From Candidatus Saccharimonadota bacterium (GTDB taxonomy: Bacteria > Patescibacteriota > Gracilibacteria > BD1-5 > UBA6164): a stretch of 32,000 nucleotides of DNA. Below, in pieces: positions 11,779 through 21,210 of this stretch. The stretch's first letter is position 1, and each line of letters starts with the position of its first letter. The DNA lies in the NCBI GenBank assembly GCA_965229705.1, contig OZ245922.1, positions 1-32,000 on the forward strand, written 5' to 3'. Made by a program: the position numbers and the translations under genes. A model generated the notes under the pieces. It did not search any database, was not told the origin of the DNA, and saw only the letters and a list, made by a program, of their open reading frames with translations.

Positions 11779-11818
11779 CATGCTACACTTGCAAATAATA
11801 TTTTTTCATCACTTTCTT

Positions 11819-12184
11819 ATGACTCTCAAACAACTTCTTCGTCTCACCGGTATTCCTGTATTACTTGCAAGTATGTGCTGTCTCTCACCACTGATCTTTT
11901 TCCTTTTATGAATCGTCTCATTGAGTGTTGCAACAGAGCTGGCAGAGCTCTTTTATGGAACATACAAGTGGGTGTTTCGATGAGTGGGACTTTTGTCACT
12001 CGTGTGAGCCTTATGATGGTATTTTTATACAAAAGGAGTTTGTACGCTCGACGCAGTAAAAAAACAGAGAAAAAAAGTCATAAATACTATTCTCCTCGTT
12101 TTCAGTGTATGAATCCTTGCCTATATATTCTTCCTCTATATAGTGGTACATTATATAGGTGTATGGTTAGATATTTGGAAATAA
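11819..12184 (+). CDS. small integral membrane protein with a vicinal Cys pair (MerT/MerC-like first helix)
   Basis: I read frame 2 codon by codon with five TGA=Gly. [31 protein letters not shown].., with 3-4 hydrophobic helices. Stop TAA 12182-12184. The overlapping track ORF 11875..12207 is in another frame and is not hydrophobic. Confidence 0.6.
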
Positions 12185-12203
12185 TATTTTTTTACAAGAG
12201 ACT

Positions 12204-13463
12204 ATGAAACACACACATATTGACGCATTTGAAAATGCTCAAAAACAACTCAGACAAGCGTACGAACTCTATGACACGCAGCATATGTATCAAAATCATT
12301 ACCAGCGACTTCTACAGCCAAGACGTATTTTAGAGGTATATATTCCTGTCAAGATGGATGACGGGAATACTCAAGTTTTTCAGGCTTTTCGCTCTCAGCA
12401 TAATGATGCTCGCGGACCATTTAAAGGAGGGATACGATTTCATCAAGATGTGAATAGAGATGAAGTAAAGGCTCTTTCTCTGTGGATGACTTGTAAGTGT
12501 GCCGTGATAGATATTCCTCTCGGAGGGGGGAAATGATGAATCATTGTCAACCCAAAAGAACTTTCACAAACAGAGCTCGAACAACTCTCACGATGATATG
12601 TAAGAGAAATATATAAGTACATTGGTCCCGATATTGATGTTCCAGCCCCAGATGTAAATACAAATCCAAAAATAATGTCCTGGATGATGGATGAATATTC
12701 TCAACAGCGGGGAGTATATTCTCCATGAAGTTTTACGGGAAAACCTCTTTCTAGTGGAGGGTCAAAGTGACGATGATCAGCAACAGCTCAATGAGGAGTA
12801 TATGTTCTCGAAAAAATACTTGAATGACGAAATGAATCTCTTTCATGAAAAACCGTAGTGATTCAGTGAGCAGGAAATGCTGGTCTGACAGCTGCCAAGC
12901 TTTTAGAAGAGAGAGGAGCAAAAGTGATAGGGATTTCTGATTCACGAGGAGGAATATATAACCAGGAAGGGATAAATATAGAAAAAGTAAGCATGATGAA
13001 GTCCCAAAGAAAATCAGTTACAGATGATACTGATATGAGTATTTTATGAGAAAAAGAAGTGCTGGAATGCGCGTGTGATATTCTTATCCCTGCAGCTCTT
13101 GAAAATCAGATCACATCGGAAAACGCTGAAAACATCAAGGCAAAAATGATTCTCGAACTTGCAAATGGCCCTATCACTCCAGAGGCTGAAAGTATTTTAG
13201 AGCAAAAAAATATTCCAGTAATTCCTGATATCCTCGCAAACTCGTGAGGGGTAATGGTGAGCTATTTTGAGCAAGTGCAGAATAATATGAATTTTTATTG
13301 GGATGAACAAGAGGTAGATGCTCGACTCAAAACCAAGATACAACTCGCAGCATCAGATGTAGTAAGCCACGCGAAAGAGTATCAAACGAGCTATAGATCA
13401 GCAGCCTATATTGTTGCGATGAAGCGTATTTTTGCTGCTATGCAGGATAGATGAGAGTGTTAA
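12204..13463 (+). CDS. gdhA: glutamate dehydrogenase (Glu/Leu/Phe/Val dehydrogenase family)
   Basis: FKGGIRFH and PLGGGKGG (the last two Gly are TGA TGA, 12534-12539); Rossmann motif VIQGAGNAGL. It joins track ORFs 12204.., 13059.. and 13254... Stop TAA 13461-13463. Confidence 0.93.
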
Positions 13464-13546
13464 GGAGAATCTGAAAAATAAAAAAATCTTGTGTAAGAGA
13501 CCGGTCTCGAGAAAACAAAAATGCCTTTCTCGGAGCTTCCGTAAGG
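13460..13546. repeat. MITE-like repeat, short A-type (both termini present)
   Basis: TTAAGGAGAATCTGAAAAA ... GTAAGAGACCGGTCTCGAG ... TTTCTCGGAGCTTCCGTAAGG. The left terminus contains the gdh stop codon. Confidence 0.75.
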
Positions 13547-13577
13547 AAATTTTGAGAAACTTCTTAACTATAAATTT

Positions 13578-14924
13578 ATGCGGTATTTTCACCGATTTTC
13601 TCTTCCTGAAAAAATATCACTGAGTTTTTCCCTGTTTGCTTTTTTTTCATTGGTACTGTTCCTCTTACTGGTTAATATTACCTATTTTTTTATTTGGTAT
13701 AATGATCAAAAGCAACAAAGTTTTTCAGATATGGATATTACCTATAACTCTATGAACTTTTCTCAAGATCAAAAGAGCCGAGATGCTTTTCAGGCATATC
13801 TGATGACGCAAGACACTATGATCATTCCACAAAATGGTGAACTCATATGTTCTCCAAGCGTGAGCTCAAAAATCAAAGAAGCACCAGAAGAAATACAAGA
13901 TAGATATTTCTATAAAGATGGAGATACTACATATTTTATCTATTCAAAGTACTTTGAAGGTATAGGAGAAGTGAAAGTATTTTTTGATACGACGCAGTAT
14001 ATCAATGACCAAGTGACTATCATGAAGGTTTCTCTGATATTTATTTTGTTGATGTTCCTTGTACAATATGCAGCTGGAAAATATGTCACAAAAATTCTTC
14101 TTAGGCCTCTCAGGAGCTTTTCTCACGAAATACGAAATATAGATATTCATGCTCCGAAACAAGTTCTCACTTGTAACGAGCCACAGCATGATGAGCTCTA
14201 TATGCTGAAAGAGTCTTTTAATACTGCTCTTGAAAGTATTACTCATCAAACAGAAAAACTCAAGCAGTTTCTCACAGATGTGAGTCATGAGTTTAAAACA
14301 CCCTTGATGGTTATGAGTTCAAAGCTTGATCTTTTAGAAAAAAAAGCAGAAAAGCATAGAGGAAAAAAACTCGATATCGCAGCATATTTTTCTGAAAGTC
14401 GAAGAGAAATACACAAGATGAATAGTCTCTTAGAATCTCTTTTTCTTCTTTCTCGCGTGGAGGAAAACAAGATGTGTCTTATCACTCAAAAGCTCGAGGT
14501 GAGGAATATATTTTTGAGTGAATGTGAGACAATGAGACAAAAGTTTCCACATAAAAATATACAGATCAATATAGATATATCGGAGAGTCTCTACTACCAG
14601 CTAGAGGAAAGTACCTTTCGTGTATGTATTGCGAACTTGCTTTCAAATGCTTGTAAATTTTCTGGAGAAGAAGTGGCTTTAACAATACATGCAGATACTG
14701 ATACATTTTCTATTTGAGATAATGGTCGATGAATACTCTCTTGAGAAAGAGAGAAGATATGGCAAAAGTTTTATCGTCAAGATACCAAGATAGAGGGATT
14801 TGGTATTGGTCTGTACTTAGTAAAGCGTATAAGTGATATGTATGGATGGGAGATAGTTCTCTCAGAGAATACTTCTCAGGGAACGGTGTTTACATTTCTT
14901 TTGAAACATAATAATAAGATCTAA
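13578..14924 (+). CDS. sensor histidine kinase
   Basis: Track ORF 13578..14717 extended through TGA codons. Two N-terminal TM segments, H-box SHEFKTPL, ..IGDNGRGILSGEREKIWQKFYRQD.., G-box GFGIGLYLVKRI. Stop TAA 14922-14924. Confidence 0.85.
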
Positions 14925-14948
14925 ATATATATTTTTTTACACAATGAT

Positions 14949-15614
14949 ATGTCACATATACTCATCATAGAAGATCATACAGAGATCGCATCTAATATTC
15001 AGGAGTTTCTGGAGCTAGAATGATATAGGGTTTCTCATGCGCGTGATGGAGAACAGGGAATAGAAAAAGCTCTCAAAGAAGACTATGACCTTATTTTACT
15101 CGACCTTATGTTACCAGAAGTAGATGGGATATCAATAGCAAGAAAAGTCACACAGAGAAAAAATACTCCTATCATCATGATGACGGCAAAGTCATCTCTT
15201 CAAGAAAGACTTGCAGGCTTTGAGGTATGAGCGGTCGATTATCTGGTAAAGCCTTTTGATCTTTCAGAACTTCTGGCTCGTATACAGGTGCATTTACGAT
15301 ATAAAGACCGATGAACTTCATCATCTCCCTGACTTCATATTTCTTGAGTTGATATAAATATGAAGAAGCGAAAGTTTATGAGAGATAAGCAAGAGATTCA
15401 TCTAACACATAAAGAGTTTCTTATTATGGAAAAGTTGATTGAGAGTCGTGATCAGGTAGTATCTCGAAGTGATATTATAGAATACTTATGGTGATGAGAA
15501 GCATTGTTTGGGAGTGATAATAAGCTTGATGTGTATATATCAAATATTCGCACAAAACTTGGGAAGGAGTGTATAAGAACGATAAAGTGAGTGTGATATA
15601 TTCTTGGAGAGTAG
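14949..15614 (+). CDS. OmpR-family response regulator
   Basis: MSHILIIEDH.., LILLDLMLPEVDG, DYLVKPF. The winged-helix output domain ends ..YISNIRTKLG..IRTIKGVGYILGE. Stop TAG 15612-15614. Confidence 0.9.
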
Positions 15615-15640
15615 AGATAATTCAGTGTTCCCCTCCCTTA

Positions 15641-15748
15641 TTAAGAAGGCTCTGAAAAACGAAAATTTTTCAATCCACTCTGGCTCTATCGAGACATCTC
15701 TCCTTTGTAAAAGGAGAGATAAAAGGAGTTTTTCAGAACTTCCTTAAG
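15641..15748. repeat. MITE-like repeat, B-type (complete)
   Basis: TTAAGAAGGCTCTGAAAAAC..CAATCCACTCTGGCTCTATCGAGACATCTCTCCTTTGTAAAAGGAGAG..GGAGTTTTTCAGAACTTCCTTAAG. It has terminal inverted repeats and an internal hairpin. Confidence 0.75.
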
Positions 15749-15805
15749 TTTGTTTTAAGTCTGTTGTTATACAATTTTTTTGTATATTTTTATAACATAT
15801 ATTTT

Positions 15806-16348
15806 ATGCAAAAGCTCTATTATATTTGAGTATGTGGACTCTTGGTAACACTTGCATCGTGCACTACGCAGGATACTTCACAGGAAGAGGTTATTATACC
15901 TCAAGAAACTGTTTCGACAGAGATCAGGGAAACTGTTGTAGATCAGAAAGCTATGAAGGAGGAAGTTATGCAGCAAAAGCCAGTACAAGAACCACAAGTA
16001 TCACAGGTGGTATCTGAGACGCGATCAAAACTGTCAGAAACTCGCAGTGGTGTCTATGCTGAGTACAGTGAAGATGCTCTTACTCATGGAGGAGATACGG
16101 TACTTTTCTTTCATGCTGCGTGGTGTCCGAGCTGTCGAACTGCTGATGCAGCACTTTCTTCAGCGAAGATTCCTGCTGGTTTGAGTATTCTAAAAACAGA
16201 TTTTGATAGTCAGCGCACTCTGAGAAAAGAGTATGGGATTGTGAGTCAGCACACTTTTGTACATCTTGATAGTGAAGGAAACTTTGTGAAGAAATGGGTT
16301 GGAGGGAATAGTCTTGAGGGAATTGTTGAGCAGGTGAAGTCATTATAA
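15806..16348 (+). CDS. thioredoxin-fold lipoprotein (CxxC = WCPSC)
   Basis: MQKLYYIGVCGLLVTLASC (lipobox L-A-S-C), a low-complexity linker, then VLFFHAAWCPSCR. Same frame as track ORF 15842..16348. Confidence 0.8.
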
Positions 16349-16362
16349 CAAAGGAGTATATG

Positions 16363-16394
16363 AAAAGCCTCATCAAATGACGAGGCTTTTCTTG
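16363..16394 (+). terminator. intrinsic terminator
   Basis: AAAAGCCTC-loop-GAGGCTTTT followed by CTTGG. Confidence 0.5.
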
Positions 16395-16531
16395 GTAGAT
16401 GAATTTATTTCCCTTGAAACAATAGAGAGGAATCTGTTTTTCTCTTCCTTGTTACTATCGCGATTTTTTTCTCACTTTACTCTCAAATACTTATACATAT
16501 AATACGGAAGATATATCTCAAATCCCAAAAT

Positions 16532-17053
16532 ATGAAATCATTTTTTGCTATACTCCTCATCGTTTTCCTTGCCTCATGTGGATCTCAAACAAGTATCAAC
16601 CAAGAGAAAAATCCTCCAGAGATACTTACCCCTTCAGAAGAAAACCTTGCTCGAGAATATGAGGAACAAGAAAGCGATGACCAAACATGAGACTCAATGA
16701 GTCCAGAAACGCAAGAAGCTATTGATAGTGTTGTCTCAGACCTGATAAACACCGAGTCATCAATACCTCCCCGGCAAGAACTAACCGAAGAGTTTATTCC
16801 CCAAACCATCGAAAAAACTACCAGCTATAACAACCCAAAATGAAAAGTAGATATGAACATCAGCTATGTTCTCTGAGAAGATGGAACAATACAGTCTCTC
16901 TCTGTGACCTCACCAAATTATAGAGGTATGAAAAACTTTAATAAACAGGTGCAAGCAGTAATAGGTATGACAGAACAAGAAGCATCTGAGTTTTATGTTT
17001 CGGGAAGTTCACTAACAAATCCAGCATTTCAAGCTGCAATGAAACAGGACTAA
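16532..17053 (+). CDS. lipoprotein with a C-terminal FMN-binding-domain-like region (candidate ApbE substrate)
   Basis: MKSFFAILLIVFLASC (lipobox). C-terminus: ..KGKVDMNISYVLGEDGTIQSLSVTS..FYVSGSSLTNPAFQAAMKQD, which resembles the FMN_bind flavinylation region (..SGAT-type motif). Stop TAA 17051-17053. Confidence 0.6.
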
Positions 17054-17060
17054 AAAATAT

Positions 17061-17180
17061 CTTAAAGGAAGATCTGAAAAACTCCTTTTTGTTTTCTCGA
17101 AACCGGTCTCGAGTACTTATTTCAAGAGATTGAGACCGGTCTCTTACGCAAGATTTTTCTATTTTTCAGAACTCCCTTAA
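17061..17180. repeat. MITE-like repeat, long A-type (complete)
   Basis: CTTAAAGGAAGATCTGAAAAA ... TCTCGAAACCGGTCTCGAG ... GAGACCGGTCTC (17132-17143) ... TTTTTCAGAACTCCCTTAA. Confidence 0.8.
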
Positions 17181-17204
17181 TCAAACTTGTAGATACACAA
17201 CCTT

Positions 17205-18044
17205 ATGAGAATCAATCTCAAAAAACAATGTTTTGGTTCTCTCCTCGAAATACATGGAGAGTCTCAAGAAAATATCAATTCAGTCATTACTGAGTCATTT
17301 TCATACATAGATGACTTTGAACAAAAATATTCTCGCTTTATTTCTGGAAACTGGCTCTCAAAACTCAATAAGGGTAAGAAAGCATGACTCACAAAAGAGA
17401 TAAAAGCGATCATAGAACTCTCTCTCAAAGTTTCTCACCAAACAGAGGGGTATTATGATATCACGATATTACCACTTTTAGAAAATGCTGGTTACGGTAT
17501 ACAGAAGAAGAAAATTCCTGAAAATATTGGCTATAAAAATATTGTGATACATGGAGATATGATAATACTTTGATGAAATGTTTCTCTCGAGTTTGGGTCT
17601 TTTGGAAAATGATATATTGTTGATTATCTCTATAGGCTGCTCGAAAAACATTTCAAGTTTTGAGTGATAAACTTTGGTGGAGATATGAGAGTCATCGGAG
17701 AAAAAGATATTCATCTTGAAAATCCTGTAAAACTCTGAGAGTATATTGGAAAAACTTCTCTCAAAAATATGAGTATTGCCAGCTCAGCAGGAAATAGAAG
17801 AAAACTCCAAAAAGGCACACACCTACAGTTTCATAAAAAAGTTAGACAATGAGAACGAGTTCAGGCAACATATATCACGCACCAACTTTGTACCATGGCA
17901 GATATCTATAGTACCGCGCTCTTTGTATGTCCTTTTCAAAAAGCAGTACATATACTTGAGACGACTCACTGACTTGAGTGAATGATTATTTCAGAGACAG
18001 GAGAGATATACACAAGTACACATTTTGACTATTATCCTCAATAA
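17205..18044 (+). CDS. apbE: FAD:protein FMN transferase (ApbE family)
   Basis: I read it codon by codon. Motifs: GSFGKGYIVD, INFGGDMRVIG, SIASSAGN, MADIYSTALFV. An in-frame TAG at 17190 excludes a longer N-terminus. No signal-peptide-like segment. Stop TAA 18042-18044. Confidence 0.85.
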
Positions 18045-18053
18045 AATGCTCTT

Positions 18054-18677
18054 ATGAACCCAAAAACATTGATACAGCTCGGAAATATATTGTCACCAGT
18101 TTTTTTACTGATAGCCCCTCTCCTCTGGCTAGGAGTGAATTATTTTTGATTTTTGTATACTAGTTTTTTATGACTGACGATATATACATGGTTTTTTGCC
18201 GCGAGTTGGTATGCGGTTGTTTTTGTGATGATGATTCGCCCTCTTGCTGATCTATTTCCTAGCCACAAACTCTTTAGGAAATTGTGTCTTCTGCGTCGGG
18301 CTTTTGGTATCTTGTCGGCAACGATTATTCTTACGATACTTTTTTCAAATTGGTTCACTCTTACAGGATCTTTTTATGGATTTTTCTCGTGGTCTTCATG
18401 GTCTTTTGGATCCTCTCTTATAGCGAGAATGAGTGAAGTAACAGCAATCATACTTCTCATAACTTCAAATAACTTTTCTCAGAGACTGTTGAAGAAAAAC
18501 TGGAAGCGCATTCAGCGTTTGAGTTATATATATTTTCTTTCTTGAGGAATACTAGCAATGCGTTATGGAGATGAATATTTTGTGATGATCACGCTGGTGG
18601 CAACGCTTATACTCTTTTTGCTTGCTGAGGGGAAAAAACTTTGGAAGAAGTTTCAGACTTCTCGTATACGGGGGTAG
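18054..18677 (+). CDS. 6-TM MsrQ/YedZ (ferric-reductase-like) family-like membrane protein, apparently lacking the heme His ligands
   Basis: MIRPLADL.., LRRAFGILSATIILTILF, NWKRIQRLSYIYFLSGGILAM; six hydrophobic helices. Same frame as track ORF 18225..18545. Stop TAG 18675-18677. Confidence 0.6.
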
Positions 18678-18756
18678 ATTTTCTTCACTTTAATTTCTGG
18701 ATTTTTTAAAATTCAAAAATATACTGTCCCTATTCTTATTTTTTAAATGTAATACT

Positions 18757-19053
18757 ATGGATTTTACAAAAGATAATTTTTCATCAGAAACAGCAGAAGG
18801 TTTAGTACTTGTAGATTTTTGGGCAGAATGGTGTTGACCGTGTCAGGGGATGATGCCAGTTTTGGCTGATTTGGAAGCTACAGGAGTAAAGGTAGGAAAG
18901 GTCAATGTTGATACGCAGCCAGATCTTGCAGCTGAGTTCCGCGTTATGAGTATTCCCACTCTTGTATGGATGAAAGACGGAAAAGCAGTAGAACAAATGA
19001 TTTGAGCGCAAACGCTTGAGACGCTGAAAGAGGCTGCGCAGAAGCATAAGTAG
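18757..19053 (+). CDS. trxA: thioredoxin
   Basis: VLVDFWAEWCGPCQ, with the active-site Gly encoded by TGA 18835-18837; ..MSIPTLVWMKDGK... 98 aa. Stop TAG 19051-19053. Confidence 0.93.
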
Positions 19054-19076
19054 GATGTTTCCTATTTTCGCTATAT

Positions 19077-19112
19077 AAAAAGACCTAAGAGAATTTCTCA
19101 AAGGTCTTTTTT
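19077..19112. terminator. bidirectional intrinsic terminator (trxA / rplA)
   Basis: AAAAGACC..GAGAA-T-TTCTC..GGTCTTTT, with an A-run on the 5' side and a T-run on the 3' side. Confidence 0.6.
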
Positions 19113-19123
19113 GAAAAGTATTC

Positions 19124-19819
19124 TTATTTTTCGTCGGGATTCATATTGATCTTAATACCAGGTCCCATAGCGTTACATACAACTACAGAATTGATATATT
19201 TTCCTTTTGCACCAGAAGGTTTCACATCACTGATAATCTGTAAAAAAGCTTCAAGGTTTTCTATGAGTTTTTCTTTTCCAAAAGAGAGTTTTCCAAAAAC
19301 AGAGTGTACATTTCCTTGCTTATCCGTCTTGAACTCAAACTTTCCTCCGGCAATATCAGTAATAACCGCTACAAGATCTTCTCCGACAGTTCCTGTTTTA
19401 GGATTTGGCATCAGTCCTTTTGGACCAAGTACTCGAGCAATCTTCCCAAGATGTTTCATCATAGACGGTGTAGCAACACAGACATCAAAATCAAGAGCTC
19501 TTTTCCCAGCAGCAATATCAGAGATCAGTTCTTCACCACCCGCAACATATGCTCCAGCTTTTGTGAGATCTGTGCTACTGATAGTATCAGAAAATGCACA
19601 AACTTTCGCTGTTTTTCCGGTTCCATGTGGAAGCTTTGTAGTGGTTCGGATCATTTGGTCTTGATGTTTTGGATCAAGGTTGAGATTAAAGTGTATTTCT
19701 ACAGTGGGATCAAACTTGACCGTATTTGTTTGTTCGAGAAGCTCAACAGCTTCTTCAGGAGTGTATGACATTCCTTCTTTGAGAAACTGCATAGCTTGTT
19801 TATATTTTTTTCCTGCCAT
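19124..19819 (-). CDS. rplA: 50S ribosomal protein L1
   Basis: Within track ORF 19124..19930. The start is placed at MAGKKYKQAMQFL (ATG 19819), as in L1 homologs. ..LPHGTGK.., GPKGLMPNPKTGTV. Confidence 0.95.
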   Translation of the reverse strand: MAGKKYKQAMQFLKEGMSYTPEEAVELLEQTNTVKFDPTVEIHFNLNLDPKHQDQMIRTTTKLPHGTGKTAKVCAFSDTISSTDLTKAGAYVAGGEELISDIAAGKRALDFDVCVATPSMMKHLGKIARVLGPKGLMPNPKTGTVGEDLVAVITDIAGGKFEFKTDKQGNVHSVFGKLSFGKEKLIENLEAFLQIISDVKPSGAKGKYINSVVVCNAMGPGIKINMNPDEK

Positions 19820-19948
19820 AGTTATATATAAAAAAATAAAAGGTATAGCGTCCAGGAAAAGGACTTCCTTTTGGTATCCTCCAAGACTTGTATGAGCGTA
19901 GGAGGAAAAAGGCGAGATGATTATATACAAAAGCAGAGAAAAGCAACT

Positions 19949-20188
19949 TTATTTCTCCACCGGATCATATCCTCCCTTATTCCACGGCATACATCGACAT
20001 ATACGACAGATTCACATGAGCGTTCACCGAAAAACTCATTTTTTCTCCAAGGCTTCTATCATATACTGGCTACATGTTGGAAAATGCTTACAATACGGAG
20101 CTCTATCCATGCTTTTTGCCCAAAAACTATGATCAGGAGACAGAAGTTTTTGGTAGAGTTTCACGAGAGATATGAGAATATGTTTCAT
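19949..20188 (-). CDS. yidD: membrane protein insertion efficiency factor YidD
   Basis: Reverse translation with TGA=Gly; 240 nt. [57 protein letters not shown]. The antisense track ORF 19871..20344 is rejected. Confidence 0.85.
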
Positions 20189-20214
20189 TTTATGGATGCT
20201 ATTTCTATTTTGAA

Positions 20215-20476
20215 TTTTTTTTTACTCCCTTCCTTTTTTGCTAAAAGGAAGGGTTGGGGATGGAATAAGTGTATCAATTCCTATCTTGAATTCTTTCCTT
20301 TGTTCTCAAAGGAAAGAGGCTGCAGACTTTCTATCAAGTTTTGAGCCCTCCTCCTTTTTTGCTAAAAGGAGGAGATTCAGAGGTGGAATAAGTAATATGT
20401 TTTCTCAATTCCTATCTTGAATTCTTTCTTGCTTTCCTCGCTCCCTTCTTTTTTTGCTGAAAGGAAGGGTTGGGGA
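20215..20476. repeat. tandem array of three hairpin-containing repeat units
   Basis: Units at 20215-20260, 20336-20383 and 20431-20476: CTCCCTTCCTTTTTTGCTAAAAGGAAGGGTTGGGGATGGAATAAGT and variants. The sub-repeat CAATTCCTATCTTGAATTCTTTC occurs at about 20265 and 20396. Confidence 0.7.
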
Positions 20477-20578
20477 TGGAATAAGTACAACACTTCCAGG
20501 ATATTCAGAAGAGAAATGTATTTTTATTTATAAAAAAAATAACTACACTAGAAATATATCTATTTTAGCAAAAAATCA

Positions 20579-21193
20579 ATGATAGCATATATTACAGGAA
20601 AAATTATTGATATATCTGAAAGTACCATACTCATACTTCCAGCAACAGGAGTATGATACGAGATAGGTATTTCATCTCTCAGCTACGGAAATCTTGTTAT
20701 GTCTGACGAGGCTTCTCTCTATCTATATCATCATATCACAGAATGATGACAGGGACTTTTTGGTTTTGAAAGTCTTGAAGAAAAGATGCTTTTTAGTGAA
20801 CTGATAAAAATCTCGTGAGTATGAGGAAAAGTCGCACTCCAAATACTTTCTCTATGAAAAAATAGACTCATAGAAGCTATAATATCAGAAGATAGAAAAA
20901 CCATAGAAGGGATAAAAGGGATAGGAAAAAAAATGGCAGAAAAAATAGTCCTCGAACTCAAAGACAAAGACTTCGTAAAAACATATCATATACAAAACAG
21001 GTCTTCTGAGAAGCTGGTAGATGATCAAGGTATAGGTCATATATTGCCAGCAGATATGCGAGAAAATATTGCTATGACACTCCAAAACATGTGATACCAG
21101 TCTCGCGACATACACAGAGCTATGCAAAACATCCCAGCAAACCTAGAGACTCTCGAGGATATACTTCCATATATGATACGAGAATTGAGTTAA
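20579..21193 (+). CDS. ruvA: Holliday junction branch migration protein RuvA
   Basis: MIAYITGKI.., GVGYEIGIS, LFGFES, ISGVGGKVALQILS, GIKGIGKKMAEKIVLELKDK. Stop TAA 21191-21193. Confidence 0.88.
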
Positions 21194-21210
21194 TCTCTCC
21201 CAAAAACGTT

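Noticed and set aside
19146-19664. The long standard-code ORFs in the supplied track: 19146..19664 +, 19304..19768 +, 19871..20344 +, 28058..28555 +, 1647..2147 -, 3564..3929 +, 24798..25166 -.
   Set aside because: Each lies antisense to, or out of frame with, a gene that has strong family motifs once TGA=Gly is applied (rplA, yidD, DUF3179 fusion, purC, HIT, ALS). Their translations are low-complexity with no recognisable motifs.
20215-20476. Possible CRISPR array.
   Set aside because: There are only three imperfect units, with irregular spacing of about 120 and 95 nt. The intervening sequence is itself repetitive. The units are hairpins related to the MITE family, and no cas genes are in the window.
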